Position numbers and translations under genes: made by a program. From a virus (lineage: Duplodnaviria > Caudoviricetes): a stretch of DNA of 55,277 nucleotides. Position 1 is the stretch's first letter. Each line of letters starts with the position of its first letter. Location of the stretch: IMG/VR virus record IMGVR_UViG_3300024999_000132, positions 1-55,277 of that record. One strand, 5' to 3'. The notes under the pieces were generated by a model. The model did no database searches. It saw nothing but the letters and a program-made list of their open reading frames with translations, and was not told the origin of the DNA. This document shows positions 19,857-29,787 of this stretch, piece by piece.

Positions 19857-21280
19857 TTAATAGCGATGTACAATTATTTTGGGCAAATGATGAGAATGGT
19901 AATATTGCAATTATATTTGATATGGTTGAAGAAGATAGGAATAAGAAATATACTTGTCCTGTTTGTGGATTTGAAGTAAGACCAGTAGCAATTGATAATA
20001 AAACTAAAACTGGAAAAGTAGCACAAGTGTCTTCGCATTTTTCTCATTTTGATGCTAGTAAATGTAGCAACGAATCAGCTATTCACTACTGGTTCAAAAA
20101 CAAGATTCTAGTGAATGGAGATAGTTTTATTATTAAGACAGATGTTGAAAATGAATACAAATGCAAAGAATTATTGGTTGAACAATTTTACAGAACTGAA
20201 TTTGGTATCTATAGACCAGACATAACTATAATTACTGAATGTGATAAGACAATTTACTTTGAGATGAATTATACTAACAAGAAGAAAATAGAAGATTATA
20301 TGGACAAGTGGTTAGAGTTAGGTAATCCAGTAGTAGAGGTAGATTTAAAAGCATTAATGAGTGCTAGTCTTAATAAGACAAAATATGAGTTTAAAGCTTT
20401 ATTTTATGAAGGAAAATGTTTTAATACAAAGAAGAATGATTTGTATTATGATACTATCGGGAAACATAAAGAGAAAACATTCAATACTATTAACATTGAT
20501 GACAAAATGAGAGAAAGAATTAGTAAATTAGATTGGTTTTGGAAAGATGTGCAAAAGTATAAGAAATATAAATTGACTATTGATTACATGATTAATATTA
20601 TAGATAGTATTGATGAGACAGAAGATAAAATTCTTTTAGTAGATATATTAAAAAAATTAAAATGTAGTGATTTAATTGAAAATTATTTAAAAATAACAAA
20701 AGATAAAACAAGTACATATTTAAGAAACGAATTATCATTTATTGACGAAAGAATTACTTTTAACACTTCGAATGGATTTACTCAATTTGCAAATATAATT
20801 TATGGAACAACTTATAATCTGACATTTAATAACCATAACATAAAGACAATCACATTGAAACTAAACGAACAATTAGATTATGATTTAAAAGAAAATATTA
20901 AATTGAATGTTTTAAATATTATTAATGATGAAAATGCAGAAATTACGATTGATAATATTATAAATAATATTATGTTGAAGTTTAATAATTATAATCTCGA
21001 CATAACAAAAGGACACAGAAACATTAGAATTAAGGGATTGTACAAAACCAGAACAATTTTTATAGAAATTGAAAAAGATAAGGTTTTATTTAATAAAGAA
21101 TATTGGGAAGAGGTGAAGAGTGTACATTGGAGAGGAGGAAAATATAGACAATATTTAAAAAATGAATTCATTAAGAAAAATTATATAACTTTTGATTTCA
21201 ACGATTATAATTCAGTACAAGAATCCATAGAAAATCAAATATTAATTGAAATAAACAAAAGCAAAATATATAAAGCATAA
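19853..21280 (+). CDS. CoiA-like protein (Zn domain + PD-(D/E)xK nuclease-like)
   Basis: CPVC..HFSH..C, ESAIHYWFK, YRPDI..IYFEM. Confidence 0.7.
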   Translation: MINSDVQLFWANDENGNIAIIFDMVEEDRNKKYTCPVCGFEVRPVAIDNKTKTGKVAQVSSHFSHFDASKCSNESAIHYWFKNKILVNGDSFIIKTDVENEYKCKELLVEQFYRTEFGIYRPDITIITECDKTIYFEMNYTNKKKIEDYMDKWLELGNPVVEVDLKALMSASLNKTKYEFKALFYEGKCFNTKKNDLYYDTIGKHKEKTFNTINIDDKMRERISKLDWFWKDVQKYKKYKLTIDYMINIIDSIDETEDKILLVDILKKLKCSDLIENYLKITKDKTSTYLRNELSFIDERITFNTSNGFTQFANIIYGTTYNLTFNNHNIKTITLKLNEQLDYDLKENIKLNVLNIINDENAEITIDNIINNIMLKFNNYNLDITKGHRNIRIKGLYKTRTIFIEIEKDKVLFNKEYWEEVKSVHWRGGKYRQYLKNEFIKKNYITFDFNDYNSVQESIENQILIEINKSKIYKA

Positions 21281-21295
21281 AGGAGAGAATCAATA

Positions 21296-24049
21296 TTGGC
21301 AAAGCAAAAAACTAATCTAAGATACATATATAAGATACATTCATCTAGATTAAGCAAATCAAATTGGAATTTATCGCTTACAATTCCAGAAGCAATAGAC
21401 AATGAAGAATTAGTATCCCTTGCTGATAGCACAACTCTTCGATTTATCAATAAAGATAAGAATATTGAAGGTGATGCGAATAAAATTAGAAAACAAATAA
21501 AAGACTTGAAAAAACAAGATACCAATATGGAGAATAGGAATAAAATTAAAAAACTATATGCACTATTATACAATACTTTGTTTGTGAAAGACTATATCTG
21601 TATTATTATTGATAAAAACAAGCATTTTGACAGAATGAATAATACTAAAAAGTTCTATATCAATGGAATTAAATTTAAAAGATTACTTGCTACAAATGGA
21701 GGAGCAAAAAAAAGCACTGTCATATATGTTAATGAACAAATTTATGACAATTTACATAAGAGAATTGAGAATGGTAGGGATGAGAGTAAAGAACTCGTCC
21801 CTGCTAAACTAGAAAGTTATAAATCATTAACATGTAGTGCCAGTATTCCAGTTTCAGATCCTAAAGGCATCCTAGTTGTAAATGATTGCGAAACGGAATT
21901 TTATAGTGATGTGATATTATTAGATGATTCTAAAACAGAATATCCTTCTATGACTTATGAGAAAAACTATCCTATAAAATTAATTGAAAACGATGGATAT
22001 GGCATGATTTGTCCAGAATTAAGTTTAGCATGGGGAAAAGAAATTGATAAAGATTGTAATAGTATTGCATCTGGTTTCTGTTTGAGAAATAGTTTTTGTA
22101 AGGGCATGGTTTTTTCCTTTGATTATGTAGATCATGCATATCATTTTGCAGAATCCTATATGGTTAAAGATATTTGGGGAGAAGAAAGAGATATCCGAAG
22201 TGTTCAATTAGTGCTTACTGCCTCAATGTTAAAATTATGGGACTCATATAAAAGCCTAGAAGACTATATGAAATGCTACAAGGAAAATGATTATACATTT
22301 AGTGTAACAAAAGTAACTCCTGAAAAATTAGAAAATGAACGCTATCTAAATTATCAATTTGCACAGTCATATGAATTATCTGATGATGACATAGATGAAC
22401 TAATAAAACCAACTGTACAAGAAATACATGATGTATTAGGAAATGATCCAATTAAAAGTATTCTATTTCTAAGGGGAATGCACTTATCTGAAAATAGTTA
22501 TGATACACAAGAGACAGATTTTATCAAGGCATTAATGATTGATAAGGAAATGATAAAAGACCCATTTGTGAAAAATAAAATACATAATTCTATAAAGAAA
22601 CGTATTAACGATGCAAAAATTGGGGTACTTAAGGTTTCAGCCAACTACTCTATAATCTCTGGAGATCCATTTTCCCTTGCTCAAAGTATATTTAAATTAC
22701 CTGTGACTGGATTATTGAAAGCGGGAGAATTTTATTCTAAGTATTGGAATGATAAAAATGTTGATAAAGTTGTATGCTATCGTGCTCCTATGACTTGTCA
22801 TAATAATATTAGAATACTTAATTTAAAAAATACTCCAGAAATGCAGTATTGGTATAAACATATAAATACAGTAACCATATTTAATTCATGGGATACAACT
22901 ACACATGCTTTAAACGGGGCAGATAAGGATTCGGATCAGGTACTTACAACTAATAATCCAGTTCTTTTAAATAATACTAGAGAATTGGATGCAGTATTAT
23001 GTATTCAAAAATCTGCTCCAAAGAAAGTTGTAAAAGAGAATGATTTAGTTAGAGCAAATAAAAATGGATTTGGAGATGCAATAGGTTCAACTACAAATAA
23101 GGTTACTGGTATGATTGATGTTGCTAGTAGTTTTGATAAAGAAAGCGAGGAATATAAGGAATTACAGTATAGAATAATTTGTGGTCAGAATTATCAACAA
23201 AATGCAATTGATCGTATTAAAGGATGCATAAGTAAACCAATGCCTAAAGAATGGTATGATTATCGTTTTGCTAAAAATACTGATAAAAGTGAATTTAATA
23301 TTAGGATTTTAGCAGATAAAAAACCATATTTCTTTATTTACAATTATCCATATTTAATGAGAAGATACAAGAAATATATGTCTGATGTAAATAAAAATTG
23401 CTTGATTAGATTCGGATTAGATGTTAAAGAATTAATTAAAAAAGAAGATAGGAACGAATATGAAGAGCAATTTTTGAAATATTATTACATAAAAATGCCT
23501 ATTTTTAATAATAATTCGGTAATGAACAGAATTTGTTGGAAAATAGAAAAGGAATTTGATGGATTTAAAAGTGTTGGTACTAAGGAACAAGATTTGTTTG
23601 ATTGCTCAATACTAAAAAGTCTTACTAAGTATTCAAAGAAAAGATTCGCTGACATAAAAATTGTATATGAAGACTACAATATTAAACTTAGAGAACATGC
23701 ACAAAGTTCATCTAAAAGCAAGATAGATAAAGATGAAGAAAAGACAAAAAGAATTGTATTTAAGGAGAATTTTAAGAAGCAAGCACAAGAAATATGTAAT
23801 AATGAGGATGAATTATGTAATATTGTTGTTGATTTATGCTATAAAAACAATTATTCTAAGCAATTTGCATGGGATATCTGTGGAGATGTAATTATTAAGA
23901 ATTTATTAATAAGGAATAATAACATAGTACAATATCCCATTGCAGATGATAAAGGTAATATAGAATTTGGTGGAGAAAAGTTTTCTATGTTTGTCAAAGA
24001 TTTAAATGATTTAGATGTGGAGGAAGAATATGATATTGATATTAAATGA
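21296..24049 (+). CDS. yonO: YonO-like single-subunit DNA-dependent RNA polymerase (two-barrel, cellular RdRP-related)
   Basis: 917 aa; DGYG, FCKGM, YRAP and GADKDSD catalytic-loop motifs; SPbeta-like context upstream of head genes. Confidence 0.88.
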   Translation: MAKQKTNLRYIYKIHSSRLSKSNWNLSLTIPEAIDNEELVSLADSTTLRFINKDKNIEGDANKIRKQIKDLKKQDTNMENRNKIKKLYALLYNTLFVKDYICIIIDKNKHFDRMNNTKKFYINGIKFKRLLATNGGAKKSTVIYVNEQIYDNLHKRIENGRDESKELVPAKLESYKSLTCSASIPVSDPKGILVVNDCETEFYSDVILLDDSKTEYPSMTYEKNYPIKLIENDGYGMICPELSLAWGKEIDKDCNSIASGFCLRNSFCKGMVFSFDYVDHAYHFAESYMVKDIWGEERDIRSVQLVLTASMLKLWDSYKSLEDYMKCYKENDYTFSVTKVTPEKLENERYLNYQFAQSYELSDDDIDELIKPTVQEIHDVLGNDPIKSILFLRGMHLSENSYDTQETDFIKALMIDKEMIKDPFVKNKIHNSIKKRINDAKIGVLKVSANYSIISGDPFSLAQSIFKLPVTGLLKAGEFYSKYWNDKNVDKVVCYRAPMTCHNNIRILNLKNTPEMQYWYKHINTVTIFNSWDTTTHALNGADKDSDQVLTTNNPVLLNNTRELDAVLCIQKSAPKKVVKENDLVRANKNGFGDAIGSTTNKVTGMIDVASSFDKESEEYKELQYRIICGQNYQQNAIDRIKGCISKPMPKEWYDYRFAKNTDKSEFNIRILADKKPYFFIYNYPYLMRRYKKYMSDVNKNCLIRFGLDVKELIKKEDRNEYEEQFLKYYYIKMPIFNNNSVMNRICWKIEKEFDGFKSVGTKEQDLFDCSILKSLTKYSKKRFADIKIVYEDYNIKLREHAQSSSKSKIDKDEEKTKRIVFKENFKKQAQEICNNEDELCNIVVDLCYKNNYSKQFAWDICGDVIIKNLLIRNNNIVQYPIADDKGNIEFGGEKFSMFVKDLNDLDVEEEYDIDIK

Positions 24050-24851
24050 GAAAGAATTATTAAGAAAATCATTAGAAGAAGGTTATATTGATGAGAAAAA
24101 AACTTCAAATACAATAAGAATTTTAGCAAAGCATTATTTTTCTATAGATATGACTAAGGAACAAGTTTATGATTCAATTGATAATTTTTTTAAGAAGAAT
24201 TATAAAAAATACAATTCAGTCAAGTGGCAGAATAGTTTTGATAAAATAATTAGTGCAGTATATAAATACAAAGACTACAAATTGTTTGATATTAATAGTA
24301 TAGAAATAACAGAAAATGAATTAGTGAGAATTAAAAGTTTGAATAATATAAAGTACGAAAAAGTAGTTTTTATATTGTTAGTTTACGCTAAAATTTATAA
24401 TAAAATGAAGAACAATGAATTAGGAATTGTAAAAATTGATCAAAAATATATATTTAGTGATGCAAAAGTTAAAGAAAATACTCATAGTCAAGGTACTATA
24501 TTACATACTTTTGAAGAAATGGGTTTAATAACACCATATAGAATTGTTAATTGTACGGATATTAAAATTAATTTTATAGATAAGAATAGTCAGGTTGTTT
24601 TAAAAATAACTGATTTCAGAAATTATGTTTATGAGTATTTAAGATGGAAAGGAGAAAATATTATAAATTGTCAGAATTGTAATATATTATTTTATCCATC
24701 TAATCATACTCACAAATTCTGCAAAGTTTGTGCGAAAGAAATACATAGCGAACAAGAAAGAGAAAATTCTAAATTAAGAATGAGAAAAATGAGAAATAAT
24801 CATGTTACGCAAACAGAAAAACTCTGTAACCCTACTACCACAATGGTTTGA
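24030..24851 (+). CDS. hypothetical protein with C-terminal Zn ribbon, coupled to the RNAP gene
   Basis: ATG 24030 after GGAGG, overlapping the RNAP stop; CQNC..FCKVC. Confidence 0.75.
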   Translation: MILILNEKELLRKSLEEGYIDEKKTSNTIRILAKHYFSIDMTKEQVYDSIDNFFKKNYKKYNSVKWQNSFDKIISAVYKYKDYKLFDINSIEITENELVRIKSLNNIKYEKVVFILLVYAKIYNKMKNNELGIVKIDQKYIFSDAKVKENTHSQGTILHTFEEMGLITPYRIVNCTDIKINFIDKNSQVVLKITDFRNYVYEYLRWKGENIINCQNCNILFYPSNHTHKFCKVCAKEIHSEQERENSKLRMRKMRNNHVTQTEKLCNPTTTMV

Positions 24852-24869
24852 CGGTTTATCCTACTAGCA

Positions 24870-25328
24870 TTAGTATGAGAGGTAAAAGCCTTATTACATA
24901 AGAGTTTGGTCGATACGCTAAAACAAAAAAGAAAAAGAAAAATTAAAGAGCATTAAGTTGTAAAATAACCAAAAATACAATCCAACTTTCCTTACTAACG
25001 AATCATACACAATTGGCTATGTTAGTAGAAAACTTTGCTTAAATTGTCTGTTAGTTTTGCCAATAGGACTTGAAGATAATTTAGCATGTATTATCGAAGC
25101 TTTGCTGAAAGATGCACTAAAGGGTTATAGATAATACAAAGTCTCAACAATTCAACGTCAAATATGAGTAGTCTTTGGTCGGATGAAAGTAATGAGACAA
25201 ATATGCTGTTAGTATAATGAATTAAATTCCTCTAAACGAGGCTTATACTAGACCACAGCATATTCTGAACTAAACAGAGGGTAAAGAGTAGATAGGCAGA
25301 TGCCGACAATTTAAGTCTACTCTCCCTA
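24870..25328 (+). ncRNA. putative structured RNA (tandem stem-loops)
   Basis: six or more back-to-back hairpins, e.g. TAAATTGTCT/AGATAATTTA, TGTATTATC/GATAATACA, AATATGCTGT/ACAGCATATT, AGAGTAGA/TCTACTCT; strand assumed from neighbours. Confidence 0.55.
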
Positions 25329-25439
25329 CTAAAATTGCTATTAAACTGTATTGGTCGATTGCAGTTTAAATATAAAATATTCCATAATAACAAAAACAAT
25401 ATAAAACTCCAAACTAAAAGGAGCATCAAACAACAAACA

Positions 25440-25817
25440 TTGGAAAAAATCACAAAACAAGAAATGTCATACCTAATTTCCAAAAACATCATCAAGCAAA
25501 CACACGGATCATTCGGAGATAATCTAGTAGTAATAGGAAAATTCAGTAGTAAATCTCGCAAACAACGTTATATTACAGATCCCTACTATAATTATCTACT
25601 CAGATTAAAGCAAAATGATAAAAATAAACAAACTATTGATGATGTAAAAGATAATCAGAGATATATGTTTAGTAGTGGTATGGATAGTGGTATGGATAGT
25701 GGTATGGATAGTGGTATGGATAGTGGTATGGATAGTGGTATGGATAGTGGTATGGATAGTGGTATGGATAGTGGTAACAGTAATAGTGGAATTAGTAACA
25801 GTGAATGTGTCTCATAA
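25440..25817 (+). CDS. hypothetical protein with SGMD repeat tail
   Basis: probable TTG start at 25440 after AAGGAG; in frame with track ORF 25335..25817. Confidence 0.6.
   Translation: MEKITKQEMSYLISKNIIKQTHGSFGDNLVVIGKFSSKSRKQRYITDPYYNYLLRLKQNDKNKQTIDDVKDNQRYMFSSGMDSGMDSGMDSGMDSGMDSGMDSGMDSGMDSGNSNSGISNSECVS
25674..25775. repeat. 12-bp tandem repeat AGTGGTATGGAT x8.5
   Basis: perfect tandem copies read directly. Confidence 0.95.
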
Positions 25818-25853
25818 TACATAGTAAAATAATTAGTAGAGGGATGATTCTTA

Positions 25854-27092
25854 TTGCCCAGTAAAGTATTTGTAGAAACAAATATAATGCTGAATCATAA
25901 CTTCGATCTAAATAACTATCTTCATGTTAAAATACCTATAATAACAATTGAGGAGTTAGATGGGTTAAAGAAAAGCGAAACTGTTGGTTATCAAGCCAGA
26001 AAAGCTCTTAGAGATATCAAAAAAGCAATGCAAGATAAAAGAGTGACAATAGTAAAAGATTATGAATTTAAATTAGAGAATAGGTTCTTGGATCACAAAA
26101 ATGATAACTTTATTTTAGGATTCGCGTATGAAACTTATGTTGATGACAATGAATATGTTTTTATTACAGATGATTTTAATCTATGGATAAAAGCAGAAGC
26201 ATACAATATTCCTTGTGAACTTTTTGGATTTAAAGACATTGAAGAAGAAAAATATAATGGAATTAGAGAAGTTTGGTTAACTGATAGAGAATACATAAAT
26301 ATAAGAGACAGTGAAATTAATCAATTAGATTGCTTGCTAAACGAGTATGTAATTGTTAATAACACAACAAAAAATGAACAATATTTGTATACATGGAATG
26401 GTGAGTATCTTGATGAAGTCAAAGTGAAGCCAATAACTAATAAATATCTTAATATAGGAGATGCGGTTCTTCACTTAGATATCTATCAGAAAGCATTAAT
26501 ACACATGTTACAAAATGAGAATGTAAGAATTTGTATTACAGACTCAATCTATGGTTCTGGAAAATCGTATATTATGTTACATTGGGCATTACAACAATTG
26601 GGAAGTGGTAATGGAAAATATAAAAAGATTTATTTTGTAAAAAGTGATTCACCGCCAAGAGGACGTAAGGAATTTCCTGCGATCCCTGGAAATGTAGCTG
26701 AGAAAACAGAACCGTTAATGGGAGTAATATTAGACACAACATCTGAAGATAGTATGTCTGATTTTTCTTCTGGAAATAGCAAAGTTGAAATACTTCCAAT
26801 TCAATTTTGTCGTGGTAGAAGTTTAAGAAAAGCAATCTTATATATCAATGAAGCTCAGAACTTTACTCCTTCGGAAATGGAATTGTTACTTTCTAGAGCT
26901 GGTGAAGATACTGTAGTTTTGATTGATGGATCTACTAAACAAATTGATAATAGGTATTGCGTTCATAGAAATGGACTTAGTATTGTAAGTGAAAACTTTA
27001 AAGATAAGTCCATAGCAGCACAAGTCAATATGGTAGAAGATTTCAGAAGTGAAATTAGCAAAATGGTTAGTGAAATGGATTGGCATGATTAG
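25854..27092 (+). CDS. phoH: PIN-PhoH (PhoH2-like) ATPase
   Basis: N-terminal PIN (ETN..EELD..DN..TDD); GSGKS, RGRSL, NEAQN, GSTKQID. Confidence 0.88.
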   Translation: MPSKVFVETNIMLNHNFDLNNYLHVKIPIITIEELDGLKKSETVGYQARKALRDIKKAMQDKRVTIVKDYEFKLENRFLDHKNDNFILGFAYETYVDDNEYVFITDDFNLWIKAEAYNIPCELFGFKDIEEEKYNGIREVWLTDREYINIRDSEINQLDCLLNEYVIVNNTTKNEQYLYTWNGEYLDEVKVKPITNKYLNIGDAVLHLDIYQKALIHMLQNENVRICITDSIYGSGKSYIMLHWALQQLGSGNGKYKKIYFVKSDSPPRGRKEFPAIPGNVAEKTEPLMGVILDTTSEDSMSDFSSGNSKVEILPIQFCRGRSLRKAILYINEAQNFTPSEMELLLSRAGEDTVVLIDGSTKQIDNRYCVHRNGLSIVSENFKDKSIAAQVNMVEDFRSEISKMVSEMDWHD

Positions 27093-27329
27093 TTAATAGT
27101 TGTTTTTACTCCCTCAGACTGTTTTTCTGTAAGGAGTTAAGGTATAGAGTGTTTTTCTATCACCTCTTTAAATATTAATTCAAGGAGGGAAGATTAATTT
27201 AATGGATTTTGGTTAGCGTAAATTAGATATTAGTAAAATATAAAATATAAAATATAAATAACAAAAACCACGGGTCTGGCATTAAGAAATGTGCAGATAC
27301 TATTAAAGAATAAAAGGGGATTAAAATAA

Positions 27330-27611
27330 ATGAATAAGCAACAACTCGTAGCAGAATTAAGTATTAAATCGGAGATCACAAAAAAGGAAGCCGAGAAGCA
27401 TGTTACAAATCTATTTGATATTATCATGGAAACTGTAGCTATTGGCGAAGATGTAAAGGTAGTGGGTTTTGGAAAATTCGAGAAGAAAGAAACAAAAGGT
27501 CGTGAAGGAGTATCAAAACTACAGGGTGTGGAAAAACCATGGAAAACTGAAGATTCTTTCAAACCATATTTTGATCCTTCTAAGGCATTTGAAGATAAAG
27601 TAAAAGCATAA
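27330..27611 (+). CDS. hup: HU-family DNA-binding protein
   Basis: MNKQQLV...GFGKF..REG..PYF. Confidence 0.9.
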   Translation: MNKQQLVAELSIKSEITKKEAEKHVTNLFDIIMETVAIGEDVKVVGFGKFEKKETKGREGVSKLQGVEKPWKTEDSFKPYFDPSKAFEDKVKA

Positions 27612-27696
27612 TAAACAACAATAATTTTGTGCTATCAGTGTAAGTCCTCATATTCAATAGATATCGTTGGGTATAGGGCAGGATAGCATATTACAT

Positions 27697-27772
27697 GCCA
27701 CTGTAACTCAATTGGTAGAGTACCTGACTTGTAATCAGGATGTTGCGGATTCAAGTTCTGCCAGTGGCTCCA
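27697..27772 (+). tRNA. tRNA-Thr(TGT)
   Basis: GCCACTG/CAGTGGC acceptor, CCTGA-CTTGTAA-TCAGG anticodon arm, TTCAA T-loop, encoded CCA, 76 nt. Confidence 0.93.
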
Positions 27773-27811
27773 TATAAAAATAAAATAAATAAAAAGGTGG
27801 CAAACAAAAAT

Positions 27812-28018
27812 ATGTCAATAATCAACAATAAAAATTTCTGTCCAATTTGTGTAAAACGTGGAACCTGTATGTGGGAAGATAAATTATCTAAACTAGAAGG
27901 AACAAAGAACAATTATATTGGTCTTGATGTTACTGTAAATGGATGTGAAGCGTTTTTATTGGATGAAAATGTTGAGGTTGAGGATTTAACTGGAGAGAAA
28001 GAAGAACTAGAAGAATAA
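27812..28018 (+). CDS. small Cys-containing protein
   Basis: ATG 27812 after AAGGTGG; CPIC..C..C. Confidence 0.65.
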   Translation: MSIINNKNFCPICVKRGTCMWEDKLSKLEGTKNNYIGLDVTVNGCEAFLLDENVEVEDLTGEKEELEE

Positions 28019-28139
28019 TAATTAAATAATACTAATTATTATATATTAATTAGTATAAGAGTAAGATAAAAAGTGATATTACTAGAAAGGAATGATTAAA
28101 TTGCAAGAATCTAGTAAAGATTAAACATCTCTTACAGAT

Positions 28140-28835
28140 ATGGTGAATTTGGCGATTCATTGGCAGTTACCTTAACCAACCACAATAAGGTCAGAAATGG
28201 TTCCTGACGCACTCGAAAGAGTACCTGAGATGCAAGATACACCGACTTGCTATTGTGGTCTGATAATCATATTGATATGTCTAGTAGCATCTTAGTTGGC
28301 ATACTATAGAAGGTTGTAAGTCCAACAAAAATGTTTCCCTCACTCCCATGATTTTATTGGCGAAGGTTTGTAGTGGATAAGAGTGTAAAGAGAACCTTGT
28401 ACAAGTTAAGTATCGTTTGGGGAAATGATATTTAACAATATTATGAAGGAATTATAGAAGTGCAAACTTCCTCGAATTATTTATAATTCGGTTTCAAGTG
28501 TAATTCCTTCATAATAAAAATACAATATTGGCAGATGCCAAAGATAAAGAATAGGGAAGTGTAGCGAAATAAGTAATGATCAACCATGCTGTAAGGCATG
28601 TATGTGGGATGCTACATAGTCATCTTTAGATAAAGGGTTGGGATGACACAATGGCTTAATTGCCGACTAGATAATTTCCCCTCATCACTCATTGTTTGTT
28701 CTCTATGGCGTTAATCACAGTTTTATTTAAACTTAGTGATAGAGACAAATGGCATACTGCAATGATGTTGATGAATATAGAGTATGCCAAATTACAAATA
28801 AGGTGAATTTATAGGGGTAGATTCACCTTTATAAT
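28140..28835 (+). ncRNA. large structured ncRNA candidate (ROOL/GOLLD-like size and context)
   Basis: ORF-free, GC-elevated; many hairpins, a GAAA tetraloop and crossing long-range helices. Confidence 0.65.
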
Positions 28836-28865
28836 AAATATATTATCGAAAGGATAGATATTTTT

Positions 28866-28997
28866 ATGGAAGAAATACTAGTGGCTATTTTAAATGAACT
28901 TAAAGAAATAAAAGAATTACTTGCACCACATGCATGTAGAACAAGTGAAGATGCTCAAACATATAAACTTATTCCTTATAAAAAAGAATTGAGTTAA
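28866..28997 (+). CDS. small hypothetical peptide (43 aa)
   Basis: AAAGGA RBS, MEEILVAILNELKEIKELL amphipathic helix. Confidence 0.4.
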   Translation: MEEILVAILNELKEIKELLAPHACRTSEDAQTYKLIPYKKELS

Positions 28998-29044
28998 TTA
29001 CTCTAATAAAGAAGAAAATACAAATTGAAAGAAGGAAATAATAA

Positions 29045-29728
29045 ATGTCTAATTCACAAAACACTAATTCAACAATTTCACTAAAAGAGTCTTTTCGCAC
29101 ATTGGTTTATATTGATAAAACTATTTCATCTCTCACTTCATATCTTTCTAATAAAAATAACTCTATTTCTGTGATTGAACAACATTTGAAAGAAAAATCT
29201 AATCCAGAAGCAAAGAATGAGGAATTAGATACAACTACTATTAAAGAATATCCAGATGCTTCAACAATTAATATTATTAATCTTGTTCAAAACTTAATTG
29301 CAGAGAAAACAAAATTAGAAATTTCAGTAGAATTAGCTAAAAGAGATATAGTAATTCAAACTAAAGATAATAATAATCTAAGTTTAGATTCTGCCATATC
29401 AAATGCAAAACAATCTAGAAATTTAGCTAATGTATTAAATAATCTTATCAATATAAAAACGGATGAGAAAAAGACCGTTGCTCAAGGGTTTAAGTTTAAT
29501 ATCAACGGGGAAGAAGTGCCATATAGGTATGATGTAGTAATTACTAAAAACATTAATTTTGATAGAAATACTGTTAGTGATAATTATAAATCTCTCTTAG
29601 AAAAAGCTGATAAGCTCAGTATTTCTATTGAAAAAGCCATGATGGAAGAAATTGTAGAATACGAATTTCCTTATAGTATTCATGATTCGACAGCAGATAT
29701 TGTAGGGAAGTATTTAGATACTTTATAG
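29045..29728 (+). CDS. helical coiled-coil protein (possibly DIP1984-like)
   Basis: 227 aa; ISLKESFR start, LSLDSAI, FDR...ADKLSISIE end; family assignment is a pattern impression only. Confidence 0.7.
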   Translation: MSNSQNTNSTISLKESFRTLVYIDKTISSLTSYLSNKNNSISVIEQHLKEKSNPEAKNEELDTTTIKEYPDASTINIINLVQNLIAEKTKLEISVELAKRDIVIQTKDNNNLSLDSAISNAKQSRNLANVLNNLINIKTDEKKTVAQGFKFNINGEEVPYRYDVVITKNINFDRNTVSDNYKSLLEKADKLSISIEKAMMEEIVEYEFPYSIHDSTADIVGKYLDTL

Positions 29729-29787
29729 GATTTAACCATGACAATTAATAAGGGGATTGCCTAACCATAGTCTCCTTATTAAAACAA

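Noticed and set aside
25674-25775. CRISPR array
   Set aside because: Contiguous 12-bp tandem without spacers; no cas genes in the window
27740-27811. 5' part of track ORF 27740..28018
   Set aside because: Overlaps tRNA-Thr; a better start is ATG 27812 with an RBS
28140-28690. RNase P RNA, tmRNA or group II intron
   Set aside because: Only partial echoes (AAGTCC, GGCTTA); no GAGGAAAGTCC, tRNA-like ends or domain V recognised
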